The translations under genes and the position numbers were made by a program. A stretch of 64,000 nucleotides of DNA, taken from assembly GCA_038320275.1 (NCBI GenBank), contig JBBQEB010000003.1:108-64107 (forward strand), written 5' to 3'. The notes under the pieces are model-generated. The model did no database searches. It had not been told where the DNA came from and saw only the letters and a program-made list of their open reading frames with translations. The stretch is from Myxococcales bacterium. Lineage in GTDB: Bacteria; Myxococcota; Myxococcia; Myxococcales; Anaeromyxobacteraceae. How positions within the stretch are numbered: position 1 is the first letter of the stretch; each line of letters starts with the position of its first letter. Below are positions 28,986-38,905 of this stretch, piece by piece.

Positions 28986-29327
28986 CTATCCCGGCGCGAG
29001 CCCCGAAGCGCGGCGCAGGGTGTCCCAGCTGTAGATCCCGCTGTCGTGTCCATCCGACCAGCCGATCTTCAGCGCGTAATTCCCGACCGCGTCCAGCCTG
29101 AGCGGGCGGATGTCGGAGGGGATGGTGGCCGGATCGAGGAGCTTCTTGCCCGTGCCCTCCTCGATGCAGCTCGCGCATGGACAGGCGTCGCGCAGCCCGA
29201 GGGCGGTGAGAGTCACGGTGGGTCCCGCCGGCCAGGAGATGCGCAGCGCGCCGTTCTCGACGACGTCGATGGTCTCCGGCGGGTCGCTCTGGGTCTTGCG
29301 GAGCTGCACGCGGTCGAGGAGGCCCAT
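28986..29327 (-). CDS. DUF971 / GBBH-like N-terminal Zn-binding protein
   Basis: LRDACPCASC, VGNYALKIGWSDGHDSGIYSW. Confidence 0.9.
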   Translation of the reverse strand: MGLLDRVQLRKTQSDPPETIDVVENGALRISWPAGPTVTLTALGLRDACPCASCIEEGTGKKLLDPATIPSDIRPLRLDAVGNYALKIGWSDGHDSGIYSWDTLRRASGLAPG

Positions 29328-29359
29328 GGCGGCTTCGATGCCGGCGTGCGGCGCTCGTG

Positions 29360-30106
29360 TCAAGGCGAAGGGTCGTCCCCACAGAGCCCGGTGAGCAGGC
29401 TGGACCTGTCCTCCAGCGGCGCCGTGCAGGGATGTCCGTCGCAGGTGAAGAGCGCCGCCCCCGCGAGCGAGCTCCCCAGGCGCAGGATGGTGGAGGAGCG
29501 GGTGCCGTAACCACGCTCCTCCAGGTGGACGCACACGGCGTCGCGCCGGCCCTCGCCGTGCACCGTCAGAAGCTCCCGCAGTGAAGAGGTGTCCGTCCGG
29601 AGCGGCCAGCGGGCGCGCACGAGCTCTCCGCGCGGCCCGCTCCCGTCGAACGACTCCTCGGTCACCACGTGGAGGCCCGGGGAGAGGTCGAGGGCTCCGC
29701 TCGCCGCGCCGTCCGACCAGAGGACGAAGGCGCGCTCGGCGTCGGCGACGAGGAGGTGAAAGGGGTTGTAGCTCGCAGGGTCGAGCCCGCTCCAGGCGGC
29801 CCGGGCCGCCTCTGCGCTGGGCGCCTCCAGAGCGCGCGGGACGAGCTCGCCGCGGGAGCGCCGAGACGGGTCGGGGTAGCCCTCTCCGCCGGCGCGATTG
29901 GTGACGGCGGCGAAGACCCCGCACGCGGAAACGCCGATCCACGTCCCGCCCCCGACGAGATCGCGTGGCGACGCGTGGCGAGGACCGAGAACCGGGGAGC
30001 GAAGGGCCCAGCCCTCGGCCGCGCGGGCCAGCCGCTCGTCGCGGTTGGCCGCGACCACGAGCGGCCAGCGCCTCTCCACGGCGTAGGCGACGGCGAGAGT
30101 GCACAT
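29360..30106 (-). CDS. NRDE / TANGO2 family Ntn-hydrolase
   Basis: MCTL start, ANRDE, GGTWIG, SRGELV, YGTRSST. Confidence 0.92.
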   Translation of the reverse strand: MCTLAVAYAVERRWPLVVAANRDERLARAAEGWALRSPVLGPRHASPRDLVGGGTWIGVSACGVFAAVTNRAGGEGYPDPSRRSRGELVPRALEAPSAEAARAAWSGLDPASYNPFHLLVADAERAFVLWSDGAASGALDLSPGLHVVTEESFDGSGPRGELVRARWPLRTDTSSLRELLTVHGEGRRDAVCVHLEERGYGTRSSTILRLGSSLAGAALFTCDGHPCTAPLEDRSSLLTGLCGDDPSP

Positions 30107-30242
30107 GGACGGAAGGGATCTGGTCCACCGGACGCGAGAGCGCCCCTCTTCCGCGACGGATCGCGAGGGAGGGGCGCCGGTCCGGCCGCAGCCGGGTGTC
30201 TTCGGGGCTGGGCGGGGGCTCGGGCGTGGGCTTATGCGGGCC

Positions 30243-32030
30243 TCAGGCGCCGACCGCGCCGTCCACCTTCTTCAGCAGCGTCTGGCGCTGTGCCTCGAGC
30301 GCCTTGGGCATGGTCTTGCCCAGCTTCTCGAACCACTCCGCCTGGGACTCGAGCTCGTGCTTCCACTCCTTCATGTCAATCTGGGTGGCGGCGGCGACGT
30401 CCGCGCCCTCGAGGCCGCGCACGTCGAGGTCCTTCTCGCCCGGCGTGAACCCGAGCACAGTCTCCTTCGCGCCGGCCTTCCCGGTGCAGCGGCCGAGCAT
30501 CCACTGCAGCACGCGCATGTTCTCGCCGTAGCCCGGCCAGAGGAACTTGCCGTCGGCGTTCTTCCGGAACCAGTTCACGAGGAAGATCTTGGGCGGCTTC
30601 GGGATCTTGCTCTCCATCTCGAGCCAGTGGCCGAGATAGCTGCCCATGTCGTACCCACAGAAGGGCAGCATGGCCATCGGGTCGCGGCGCACCACGCCCA
30701 CCGCGCCCGTCGCGGCGGCGGTGGTCTCCGAGCCCATGGTGGCGCCCAGGTAGACGCCGTGCGTCCAGTCGAACGACTGGAGCACGAGCGGCACCGTGGT
30801 GGAGCGGCGGCCGCCGAAGATGATGGCGCTGATGGGAACGCCCTTGGGGTCATCTGCGAAGCGCGACAGCGCAGGGTTGTTCTGCATGGGCGCGGTGAAG
30901 CGGCTGTTCGGGTGAGCAGCCTTCTCCGTGGAGCCCTTCTTCCAGGGCCTGCCCTGCCAGTCGATGAGCTCGGCGGGGGGCTCCGTGTCCATGCCCTCCC
31001 ACCAGACGTCGCCGTCCGGGGTGCGCGCCACGTTCGTGTAGAGCGTGTCCTTGCGGATCGAGTCCATCGCGTTGGGGTTCGTCTTCCGGTTCGTCCCGGG
31101 CGCGACGCCGAAGTAGCCGAACTCGGGGTTCACCGCCCAGAGCCGGCCGTCCTCGCCCACGCGCATCCAGGCGATGTCGTCGCCCACCGTGCGGATCTTC
31201 CAGCCGCCCAGCTCCTTGGGCGGGATCATCATGGCGAAGTTGGTCTTGCCGCAGGCAGACGGGAACGCGCCCGCCACGTAGTGCAGCTCGCCCTCCGGGC
31301 TCTCCGCCTCGAGGATGAGCATGTGCTCCGCGAGCCAGCCCTCGTTCCTGGCGAGGTAGGAGGCGATGCGGAGCGCGAGGCACTTCTTGCCGAGGAGGGC
31401 GTTGCCGCCGTAGCCCGAGCCCACCGACCAGATGGTGTTGTCCTGAGGGAAGTGGCAGATGAAGCGGCGCTCGGGGTTGCAGTCCGCCACCGAGTGGAGG
31501 CCCTTGTTGAAGTCGTTCCGGTCGCCCAGGCGATCGAGCGCGATCTTCCCCATGCGCGTCATGATCCCCATGTTGATGGCCACGTACACGGAGTCGGTGA
31601 TCTCGATGCCGACCTTGGAGGCGGGCGAGCCAGCCGGGCCCATGACGTAAGGGATGACGTACATCGTGCGGCCCTTCATGGCGCCGTCGTAGATGGCGGC
31701 GAGCTTCGCGTACGCATCCTTGGGCGCCATCCAGTTGTTCGTCGGCCCCGCTTCCTCCTTGGTGGGCGTGCAGATGAAGGTGAGATGCTCCACGCGCGCC
31801 ACGTCGCTCGGATTCGAGTGGTGGAAGTAGCAGCCCGGCAGCTTCTGCTGATCGAGAGGGATGAGCGACTTCGACGACACCGCCTCCTCGATGAGCCGCT
31901 TCTTCTCCTCCGCCGAGCCGTCGCACCAGTAGACGCGGTCGGGCTTGAGCATCTTCGCGCTCTCATCTACCCAGGCGCGCAGGTACGGGTTGGTCGTGGG
32001 CGACGAATTCACCTCAGCGGGCGCTCGCAT
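30243..32030 (-). CDS. pckG: Phosphoenolpyruvate carboxykinase (GTP)
   Basis: SDVARVE, GSGYGGN, AFPSACGKTN, GDDIAW, AHPNSRF, WPGYGEN. Confidence 0.97.
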   Translation of the reverse strand: MRAPAEVNSSPTTNPYLRAWVDESAKMLKPDRVYWCDGSAEEKKRLIEEAVSSKSLIPLDQQKLPGCYFHHSNPSDVARVEHLTFICTPTKEEAGPTNNWMAPKDAYAKLAAIYDGAMKGRTMYVIPYVMGPAGSPASKVGIEITDSVYVAINMGIMTRMGKIALDRLGDRNDFNKGLHSVADCNPERRFICHFPQDNTIWSVGSGYGGNALLGKKCLALRIASYLARNEGWLAEHMLILEAESPEGELHYVAGAFPSACGKTNFAMMIPPKELGGWKIRTVGDDIAWMRVGEDGRLWAVNPEFGYFGVAPGTNRKTNPNAMDSIRKDTLYTNVARTPDGDVWWEGMDTEPPAELIDWQGRPWKKGSTEKAAHPNSRFTAPMQNNPALSRFADDPKGVPISAIIFGGRRSTTVPLVLQSFDWTHGVYLGATMGSETTAAATGAVGVVRRDPMAMLPFCGYDMGSYLGHWLEMESKIPKPPKIFLVNWFRKNADGKFLWPGYGENMRVLQWMLGRCTGKAGAKETVLGFTPGEKDLDVRGLEGADVAAATQIDMKEWKHELESQAEWFEKLGKTMPKALEAQRQTLLKKVDGAVGA

Positions 32031-32184
32031 GCGGATACCTCGAAAGGAAGAAGGTGGGGTTGGAAGGTTAGCGGAGCGGCGTGGGTCGCGCCACGGGGGA
32101 CGAGTTGTCACAGCCCCTGTCGGAGCCCGCTGGAGAACGAGGTCGAGCGGGCCGCTCACGCCCGCACGCCCTATCTTTCCGGGC

Positions 32185-33852
32185 ATGAACCGCAACGTGC
32201 ACGGCCCCCGCATCGACAAGGACGGAACCACGTTTTCACTGTGGGCCCCGAAGCTGACGGGCTTGCGCTTGCGGGTGAACGATCGGGAGTTCCCACTCGC
32301 GAGAGAGGGCGGCTGGTGGTCGGCGACCGTCCCTGGGGCGGGCCCGGGCGACCGCTATGCGTTCCTCCTGCCGGACGGCCGGGCGCTCCCAGACCCCGCC
32401 TCGCGGCGCCAGCCTGAAGGCGTACACGGTCCGTCCGAGCTGTGGGATCCGTCGCGACACCGATGGCAGCACGCGTTCTCGGGCCTGCCGCTCGAGGAGC
32501 TCGTGCTCTACGAGCTGCACGTCGGCACCTTCACCGCGAAGGGCACGCTCGACGCGGCTGCCGCCCGGCTCTCCGACCTCGCCGATCTCGGTGTCACCTG
32601 CGTGGAGCTCCTTCCCGTCCAGCCGTTCCCGGGCACGCGAAACTGGGGCTACGACGGCGTCGCCCTGCACGGCGTCCAGGAGTCCTACGGTGGTCCGGAG
32701 GCGCTGCAGTGCTTCGTCGACGCCGCCCACGCGCACGGCCTCGCCGTGTGCCTCGACGTCGTCTACAACCACCTCGGACCGGAGGGAAACTACCTGCCGG
32801 TGTGGGGTCCGTACTTCACCGACCGTCATCGGTCGCCCTGGGGCGACGGCGTGAACTACGACGGCGAGGACGCTCGGCCGGTGCGGGACTTCGCGATCCA
32901 GGCGGCGCTCTCCTGGGCGCGCGACTTCAGGGTCGACGCGCTCCGACTCGACGCGGTCCACGCCATCCCGGACGACAGCCCCCGTCACCTGGTGGGCGAG
33001 CTCTGCGACGCGGTGCGCGACTTCGCCCACGAGAGCGGCCGGCAGATCCACGTGATCGCCGAGAGCGACCTCGAGGACCGCAAGGTGGTCGATCCGCCGC
33101 CTGGTGGCTGGGGCTGCTCGGCCATGTGGGCTGACGATTTCCACCACGCCGTGCATGCGCTCCTCACCGGCGAGCGCCGGTCGTTCTACGAGGACTTCGA
33201 CGGCGGGGTCCCCCAACTCGCGAAGGCGCTTGCGGAGGGCTTCGTGTTCCACGGTGAGCGGTCGCGCTTCCGCAAGATGCCGTGGGGCACGGGCACGCAG
33301 GGGCTCGCGCCGGCGCGATTCGTATTCTGTGTCCAGAACCACGACCAGGTGGGCAACCGTCCGGCCGGAGAGCGAATCCCGTCCATCGTCCCGCCGGAGG
33401 CCCTCTTTCCCATCGGGACGCTGGTGGTGCTCGGCTCGGGGCTGCCGCTGCTCTTCATGGGGGAGGAATACGGGGAGACGAATCCCTTCCTGTATTTCAC
33501 AGGTCACGGCGACCCGGAGCTGGCGAAGGCGGTCAGCGAGGGCCGGAAGGCGGAGTACATCGCCGACGCCGGGCCCCAGGGCGTGCCCGATCCGCAGGAG
33601 GAGTCGACCTTCCGCCGGTCCGTGCTGACGCACGCGCGCGATGGCGCGCACGGGGCCCTGTGGCGGCATTACCGCGACATGCTCCACCTCCGGCGAAAGC
33701 ACGCGCGCACGATCGGAAAGGTCTGGCCCGAGGTGACGGTCCTGGGCACCTCGCTCGCCATGAAGCGGCCGGGGCTCGAGGTGGCGGTGAACCTCGGCAA
33801 GGAGCCCGCGGGCGGGCTCCCGGCGTGGGGCTGGCGGGTGAAGGAAGGCTGA
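32185..33852 (+). CDS. treZ: Malto-oligosyltrehalose trehalohydrolase (GH13)
   Basis: YELHVGTFT, RNWGYDG, DVVYNHLGP, LRLDAVH, QNHDQVGNR, FMGEEY. Confidence 0.93.
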   Translation: MNRNVHGPRIDKDGTTFSLWAPKLTGLRLRVNDREFPLAREGGWWSATVPGAGPGDRYAFLLPDGRALPDPASRRQPEGVHGPSELWDPSRHRWQHAFSGLPLEELVLYELHVGTFTAKGTLDAAAARLSDLADLGVTCVELLPVQPFPGTRNWGYDGVALHGVQESYGGPEALQCFVDAAHAHGLAVCLDVVYNHLGPEGNYLPVWGPYFTDRHRSPWGDGVNYDGEDARPVRDFAIQAALSWARDFRVDALRLDAVHAIPDDSPRHLVGELCDAVRDFAHESGRQIHVIAESDLEDRKVVDPPPGGWGCSAMWADDFHHAVHALLTGERRSFYEDFDGGVPQLAKALAEGFVFHGERSRFRKMPWGTGTQGLAPARFVFCVQNHDQVGNRPAGERIPSIVPPEALFPIGTLVVLGSGLPLLFMGEEYGETNPFLYFTGHGDPELAKAVSEGRKAEYIADAGPQGVPDPQEESTFRRSVLTHARDGAHGALWRHYRDMLHLRRKHARTIGKVWPEVTVLGTSLAMKRPGLEVAVNLGKEPAGGLPAWGWRVKEG

Positions 33853-33868
33853 CCGGAGCGGCGGTCCG

Positions 33869-35494
33869 TCAGCCCTCCCCGCCTTCGAGCTTGCGGCGCA
33901 GGAGATCTCCCAGCGTCCCGAACCCCTTGCCCTTTCCCTGGGGAGCGCTCTTGCGCATGTACTCCTGGGCGTCGGCGCGCTCGGCGGCCTGCTCGGCTCC
34001 CGTCTTCGAGAGCCGGATCCGGCCCAGCTCGTCGATGGCCGACACGAGGCAGGTGACCTCGTCGCCGGGCTTGAAGGTCCGGCGCAGGTCGGCGCCGCGC
34101 GGCGTGCCGCTCTCGCTCGCCGGGACGAGCCCTCGTCCTCCGGCGAAGCGCACGAAGATCCCGAACGTTTCCACCTTGTCGACGCTCGCCTTCACCACGT
34201 CGCCCACGCGCGGGGGCGGCGGGGGAGCAGTGGGCACCGGCCGCGGCGTGCCGGTCGCGTCCGCGGCGCCGGCTGCGGGCGCCACCGGCTCGGGCCGCGG
34301 CGTCAGGGTCTTCACGGAGAGGGCGATGCGCTGGCCCTTCTTCGAGTCCTCGTCGATGCGGAGGACCTGGACCTTCACCGCGTCGCCGGCCTTCAGCAGA
34401 TCGCCCGGCTTGGAGACGCGGTCCCACGCCAGCTCGGAGACGTGCACCAGCCCCTCGATGCCGCCGATGTCGACGAACGCGCCGTAGTCCGGCACGCTCG
34501 ACACCACCCCGTCGAAGGTGGAGCCCTCGGCGAGCGCCTCCCGCGTCTTCCGCGCGCGCTCCGTCCGCTCCTCCTCCAGGAGCGCGCGCCGCGACAGCAC
34601 CGCGTCGCGCCCGTCGGTGCGCTGCACCTTGAACTGGAGCTTCTGACCCACGAACGCGCTGGCGTCGCCGACGAAACGGACGTCAATCTGGGAGATGGGG
34701 CAGAAGGCGCGCTGGCCCATCACCTCCACCTCGAGGCCGCCCTTGTTGACGGCCTTCACAACCCCCTCCACCGGAAGCCCAGCCTCCGCGGCCTGCACGA
34801 GCGCCTCGCGATCGCGGTGGGACTTCGAGGCGCCGCGGCCCTTCGACACGAGGACGCCGCGATCGCCGCCCTTCACCACCACGCCGTCGATGATGTCGCC
34901 CACCCGGGCGTGCACCTCGCCAGCGTCGTCCTGGAGCTCGAGGAGCTCGATCATCCCCTCCGCGGTGCCCGAGCCGAGCTCGAGGAAGGCGACGTCGTGG
35001 CCGATCTGCAGGATCTTGCCGGCGACCTTGTCGCCCACCTTGAACCGCTGGCGCTCCGCGCCTCCCGTCCCTGCCAGGAGGTCGGCGAACGAGCCCTCTT
35101 CCGGAACGGGTGCTTCGAGCGCCGGCGGCGGCGCGCCCGCGGGCTGCGGCCCTGCGTCGGGAGGGCTGGCCTCGCGCGGGCCCCGCTCACCGCGATCGTC
35201 TCGCCGGAGGGGACGGTCTCCCGAGGGCCGGTCGCGGCCGCGCCCACCACCGCCGGCTCCGAAGCCTCCCGGCCCGCGCGGGGGCGGTCGGCCGCCGCCG
35301 GGACGCGCGCCGCCCGGTCCGGGCGCTCCTCCGCCGAGGCCACGCTCGTCGGCGACGCGCTGCCAGAGGGGCCGGGTGTCGCGCGGGGCGACAGGCGGCT
35401 TCGCCTCGGCCTCCGGGGCGGGGGACAGCGGCGTCACCTGGCCCTTGTGGATGACGATGGGGCCTTCGGATCCAGGCTTCTTCTCTTCGGACAT
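33869..35494 (-). CDS. S1 RNA-binding protein (RpsA paralogue, four S1 domains, disordered N-terminus)
   Basis: AFCPISQI, YGAFVDIGGIEGLVHVSEL, FGIFVRF; Pro/Gly/Arg-rich N-terminus. Confidence 0.85.
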   Translation of the reverse strand: MSEEKKPGSEGPIVIHKGQVTPLSPAPEAEAKPPVAPRDTRPLWQRVADERGLGGGAPGPGGARPGGGRPPPRGPGGFGAGGGGRGRDRPSGDRPLRRDDRGERGPREASPPDAGPQPAGAPPPALEAPVPEEGSFADLLAGTGGAERQRFKVGDKVAGKILQIGHDVAFLELGSGTAEGMIELLELQDDAGEVHARVGDIIDGVVVKGGDRGVLVSKGRGASKSHRDREALVQAAEAGLPVEGVVKAVNKGGLEVEVMGQRAFCPISQIDVRFVGDASAFVGQKLQFKVQRTDGRDAVLSRRALLEEERTERARKTREALAEGSTFDGVVSSVPDYGAFVDIGGIEGLVHVSELAWDRVSKPGDLLKAGDAVKVQVLRIDEDSKKGQRIALSVKTLTPRPEPVAPAAGAADATGTPRPVPTAPPPPPRVGDVVKASVDKVETFGIFVRFAGGRGLVPASESGTPRGADLRRTFKPGDEVTCLVSAIDELGRIRLSKTGAEQAAERADAQEYMRKSAPQGKGKGFGTLGDLLRRKLEGGEG

Positions 35495-35584
35495 GAGGGC
35501 GCGGTTTATACCAGAGGCAGCGTGGACGGGCGACGCCCGCGCGCCCGCCGCCTGGAGGGGGGGGCCAAGAGGGGGAGGCGAGTC

Positions 35585-35929
35585 ATGGCCGGTCGGGTGG
35601 TGATCTTCGTCACGGGCGGCGCCCCCGCCGCTCTCGCGCTCGCGGGATCGTGCGCGGCGACGGCTGCGTCGCTGGGCGATCGGGTGGACGTCTTTCTCTT
35701 CGGCACCGCGGTCCGCGCACTGGTGGACGCGCACGGCGATCCGGAAGGTCCGGGCGCGCTGTTGCGTGACGTCCGGAAGAGCGGGGGATGCCGGCTGCTC
35801 GGCTGCAGCGCGAGCGTGGTGGAGGACAAGGTGCCGCTCGCCGCAGCGGAGGTGGCCCTCGATGCGGTGGTGGGGTGGCCGACGGTGGTCGAGTGGAGCC
35901 GAGGGGTGGTAGACCGATTCTTTTTCTAG
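35585..35929 (+). CDS. DsrE/DsrF-like protein
   Basis: VDVFLFGTAVRAL, LLGCSAS, DAVVGW pattern. Confidence 0.65.
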   Translation: MAGRVVIFVTGGAPAALALAGSCAATAASLGDRVDVFLFGTAVRALVDAHGDPEGPGALLRDVRKSGGCRLLGCSASVVEDKVPLAAAEVALDAVVGWPTVVEWSRGVVDRFFF

Positions 35930-35999
35930 GCGTCTCGCGCCGCGCGGGAAGAGCCGCGCGCCGGCGGCCGTTCACGAGGCGCCCTTCTCACGGTGGTCC

Positions 36000-37235
36000 A
36001 TGGTCAACCTGTCGATCGATCCCCCTCCCTTTTCCGGGCGAAGCCGCGGGGGCGAGGGCTCCGGCGCACTGCGCAGCCTCGTCATCCTGGTGGTGACGCT
36101 CCTCATCGGAGGCGCGGGTGGCTTCATCCTGGGCCGAAAGACGGCTCATGGGCCGGACGGCTCCCGGCCGGCCGAAGTCGCCCGGGCGCCGGGCGGGGAA
36201 CGGACCGCGGCTGCGCCGTCCCCCTCTTCCCTGTCGTCGTCCGCCCCGGCGGGCAGGGGGACCACGGGCGCGCCGGACCAGGCCTCGCAGAACGACGTCC
36301 CGGGCAGTTCCGGCGCCGCGCATGGCTCTGTCGCCGGTGGCATGGCTGCCCAGCCCCCCGCCTCCGCGACGCCGCCGGGCGCGCCGCAAGGCCCGCTCGT
36401 CCGACGCATCGCCGTCGTGCTTCGCGGCCCGCTGGAGGAGAGCGTCAACGCGGCGCTGTCGCCCGCTGAAAGGTCCTGGGGGCCCCAGCTCACGCAGGTG
36501 ATGAACCGCATCCTCGTCTGGAACATGCAGATCGGCCGCGACGCGAGAAAGGGCGACCGGCTGGAGGTTCTCTACGAGCTCCCCACCGCCCGTCCGTCCG
36601 AGGTGCAAACCTTCGGGGAGTCCGGCCCCTCCACCAAGGAGCCCATTCTCCTCGCGCTCCGCTACGGCTCTCAGAAGCTCGGCAAGCTCCTCACCGCCTA
36701 CCGCTTCAAACCGGAGGGCGCCCCCTTCGCCCGCTACTACACGGCGGAGGGGAACGAGGTGGAGGAGCACCTGGTCGACAGCCCCATCGAAGGCTACGAG
36801 CAGATCACCTCGCTCCTGCGTGACGGCCGCAAGCACAAGGGCGTGGACTTCAAGACCCCGGTGGGCACCGCCGTGAAATCGCCCTTCGACGGTCAGATCA
36901 CGCGCCGGAACTGGCACTTCTCCGCGAACGGAAATTGCATCGAGGTGGCGGACGCGAGGACCGGCCGGCGCGCAATCTTCCTCCATCTGGAGGCGGCGCC
37001 GAAGGAGATGCAGCCTGGGCGCAAGGTGCGGAAGGGCGAGGTGATCGCCAAGTCGGGGAACAGCGGGCACTCCACCGCGCCGCATCTGCACTACCAGCTC
37101 GAGGAGGCCGGCGGAAAGGTCCTCGATCCTTTCGCCGTGCTCCCCACGAACCGACTGTCGCTGGAGGGCAAGGCGAAGAGCGCGTTCGAGGAGGAGAGGA
37201 AGCGGCTCGATCCGATGCTCGTCGCGGGGCGGTGA
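36000..37235 (+). CDS. M23 family peptidoglycan endopeptidase, N-terminal TM
   Basis: HKGVD (HxxxD), GHSTAPHLHY (HxH). Confidence 0.9.
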   Translation: MVNLSIDPPPFSGRSRGGEGSGALRSLVILVVTLLIGGAGGFILGRKTAHGPDGSRPAEVARAPGGERTAAAPSPSSLSSSAPAGRGTTGAPDQASQNDVPGSSGAAHGSVAGGMAAQPPASATPPGAPQGPLVRRIAVVLRGPLEESVNAALSPAERSWGPQLTQVMNRILVWNMQIGRDARKGDRLEVLYELPTARPSEVQTFGESGPSTKEPILLALRYGSQKLGKLLTAYRFKPEGAPFARYYTAEGNEVEEHLVDSPIEGYEQITSLLRDGRKHKGVDFKTPVGTAVKSPFDGQITRRNWHFSANGNCIEVADARTGRRAIFLHLEAAPKEMQPGRKVRKGEVIAKSGNSGHSTAPHLHYQLEEAGGKVLDPFAVLPTNRLSLEGKAKSAFEEERKRLDPMLVAGR

Positions 37236-37346
37236 AGCGGCGGCCCCGCGCGTTCGCGGGTGGCTGCGCGTCGTCGCGCGAACGGCGCGAGCCGACCGCC
37301 CGGATGCCGGGGTCTGACGTCGCGCCCTCGCGCGTGACCGAAACGA

Positions 37347-37376
37347 AACGAGCCGCCCATCGCGGGGCGGCTCGTT
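37347..37376. terminator. Probably bidirectional intrinsic terminator
   Basis: 12-bp stem AACGAGCCGCCC/GGGCGGCTCGTT between convergent M23 and citrate synthase genes. Confidence 0.75.
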
Positions 37377-37399
37377 CACTTCACTTCACTTCACTTCAC
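37375..37399. repeat. (TTCAC)5 microsatellite
   Basis: Five perfect copies next to the terminator stem. Confidence 0.9.
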
Positions 37400-37415
37400 G
37401 TCGCGGCGGGGCAGG

Positions 37416-38753
37416 CTACATCTTCCTCCCACCCGCGGCGGCCCACTCCTCCAGCATGGCCGTGGTGACCGACTTCGGGCGCTCGAGCGCGAAGCCCAGG
37501 GCGCGATCCCACACGATGTTCGCGAGCACGCCCAGGGCGCGGCCGACGCCGAACAGGACGGTGTAGAAGTCCCACTCGCGGACGCCGTAGTGCCACTGGA
37601 TGACGCCCGAGTGCGCGTCGACGTTGGGCCATGGGTTCTTCGTCTTGCCGTGCTCGGTGAGGACGCCCGGCGCGACCTTGTAGATCATGTTCACGAGCTT
37701 GAAGAGAGGATCGTCGGGCAGGTGCTTCTGGGCGTACTCGTTCTGGGCCGTGAAGCGGGGGTCCGTCTTGCGCAGCACCGCGTGCCCGTAGCCCGGCACC
37801 ACCTGGCCCGCCTTCAGCGTGTCCCAGAGGAACGCCTTCAGCTCCTCCTCGGAGGGGATCTTCCCACCGAGCTTCTTCATGACGTTCTGGATCCAGCTCA
37901 GCACCTCCTGGTTGGCCAGACCGTGGAGCGGTCCCGCGAGGCCGTTGAGCCCCGCCGAGAAGGAGTAGTACGCGTCGGAGAGCGCCGAGGCCACGAGGTG
38001 CGTGGCGTGCGCCGACACGTTGCCCGACTCGTGGTCCGAGTGGAGGATGAAGTACATGCGGGCGAGGTCGTCATACGGCGAGGCGACGCCCATCATGTGC
38101 GCGAAGTTGCCGCCCCAATCGAGATTGGCGTCCGGCTCGATGTGCACGTCGCCCTTGTACTTCATGCGGTAGATGTAGGCGGCGACGACCGGCAGCTTCG
38201 CCAGCAGGTTCATCGCGTCCTCGTACATGGGGTCCCAGTAGTCGGTCTTCTTCATCCCCTCCGCGTACCGCTTTGCGAAGACCGACTCGCGCTGCATGGC
38301 CAGCACGGCCGTGGAGAACATGGTCATGGGATGCGTGTCGCGCGGGAGCGCGCGCAGCATGTCATGGACGTATCTCGGGACCGTCGATCGGGACCGCCAG
38401 TCCTGGATCACCTCCTGCGTGTCGGCGTCGGTGGGGATGTCGCCGGTGAGCAGGAAGTAGAAGAAGGACTCGACGGCGGGCTGCTCCGCCTTCCCGATGC
38501 GGGGCAGGGCGGCGAACGTCTCGGGGATGGTCTTCCCGCGGAAGCGGATGCCTTCCTGGGGATCGAGATACGAGATGTCGGTGACGAGGCAGTGGACGTC
38601 GCGCGCGCCGCCGAGCGCCTGGCCGATGTTGACCTGGTCGATGACGACATCCGCGAAGTCCTTGTTCAGCTTCGCGATGCGCGGGCGGAATGCCTCGATC
38701 TTCTCGAACAGCTTGGACTTGAGGGCAGTGGTCCTCGGCTTCGCGTCGGCCAT
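37416..38753 (-). CDS. gltA: Citrate (Si)-synthase, eukaryote/Geobacter type
   Basis: GIRFRG, HSDHESGNVSAH, GLAGPLHGLANQEV, PGYGHAVLRKTDPR, WPNVDAHSG. Confidence 0.95.
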   Translation of the reverse strand: MADAKPRTTALKSKLFEKIEAFRPRIAKLNKDFADVVIDQVNIGQALGGARDVHCLVTDISYLDPQEGIRFRGKTIPETFAALPRIGKAEQPAVESFFYFLLTGDIPTDADTQEVIQDWRSRSTVPRYVHDMLRALPRDTHPMTMFSTAVLAMQRESVFAKRYAEGMKKTDYWDPMYEDAMNLLAKLPVVAAYIYRMKYKGDVHIEPDANLDWGGNFAHMMGVASPYDDLARMYFILHSDHESGNVSAHATHLVASALSDAYYSFSAGLNGLAGPLHGLANQEVLSWIQNVMKKLGGKIPSEEELKAFLWDTLKAGQVVPGYGHAVLRKTDPRFTAQNEYAQKHLPDDPLFKLVNMIYKVAPGVLTEHGKTKNPWPNVDAHSGVIQWHYGVREWDFYTVLFGVGRALGVLANIVWDRALGFALERPKSVTTAMLEEWAAAGGRKM

Positions 38754-38905
38754 GCAGACACCCGGAGCTACGAAAGGGGGAAAATGCGAGCGCAGCGGTG
38801 GAACCGGAAGGCGAAATCCTACCTGTGCCCATCGTCCAAAGGCAATCGCGCCACACCACCCAGAGTGGGGGCTGTGGCCGGGCCTTCACGCACCTGCTGC
38901 GAGGC

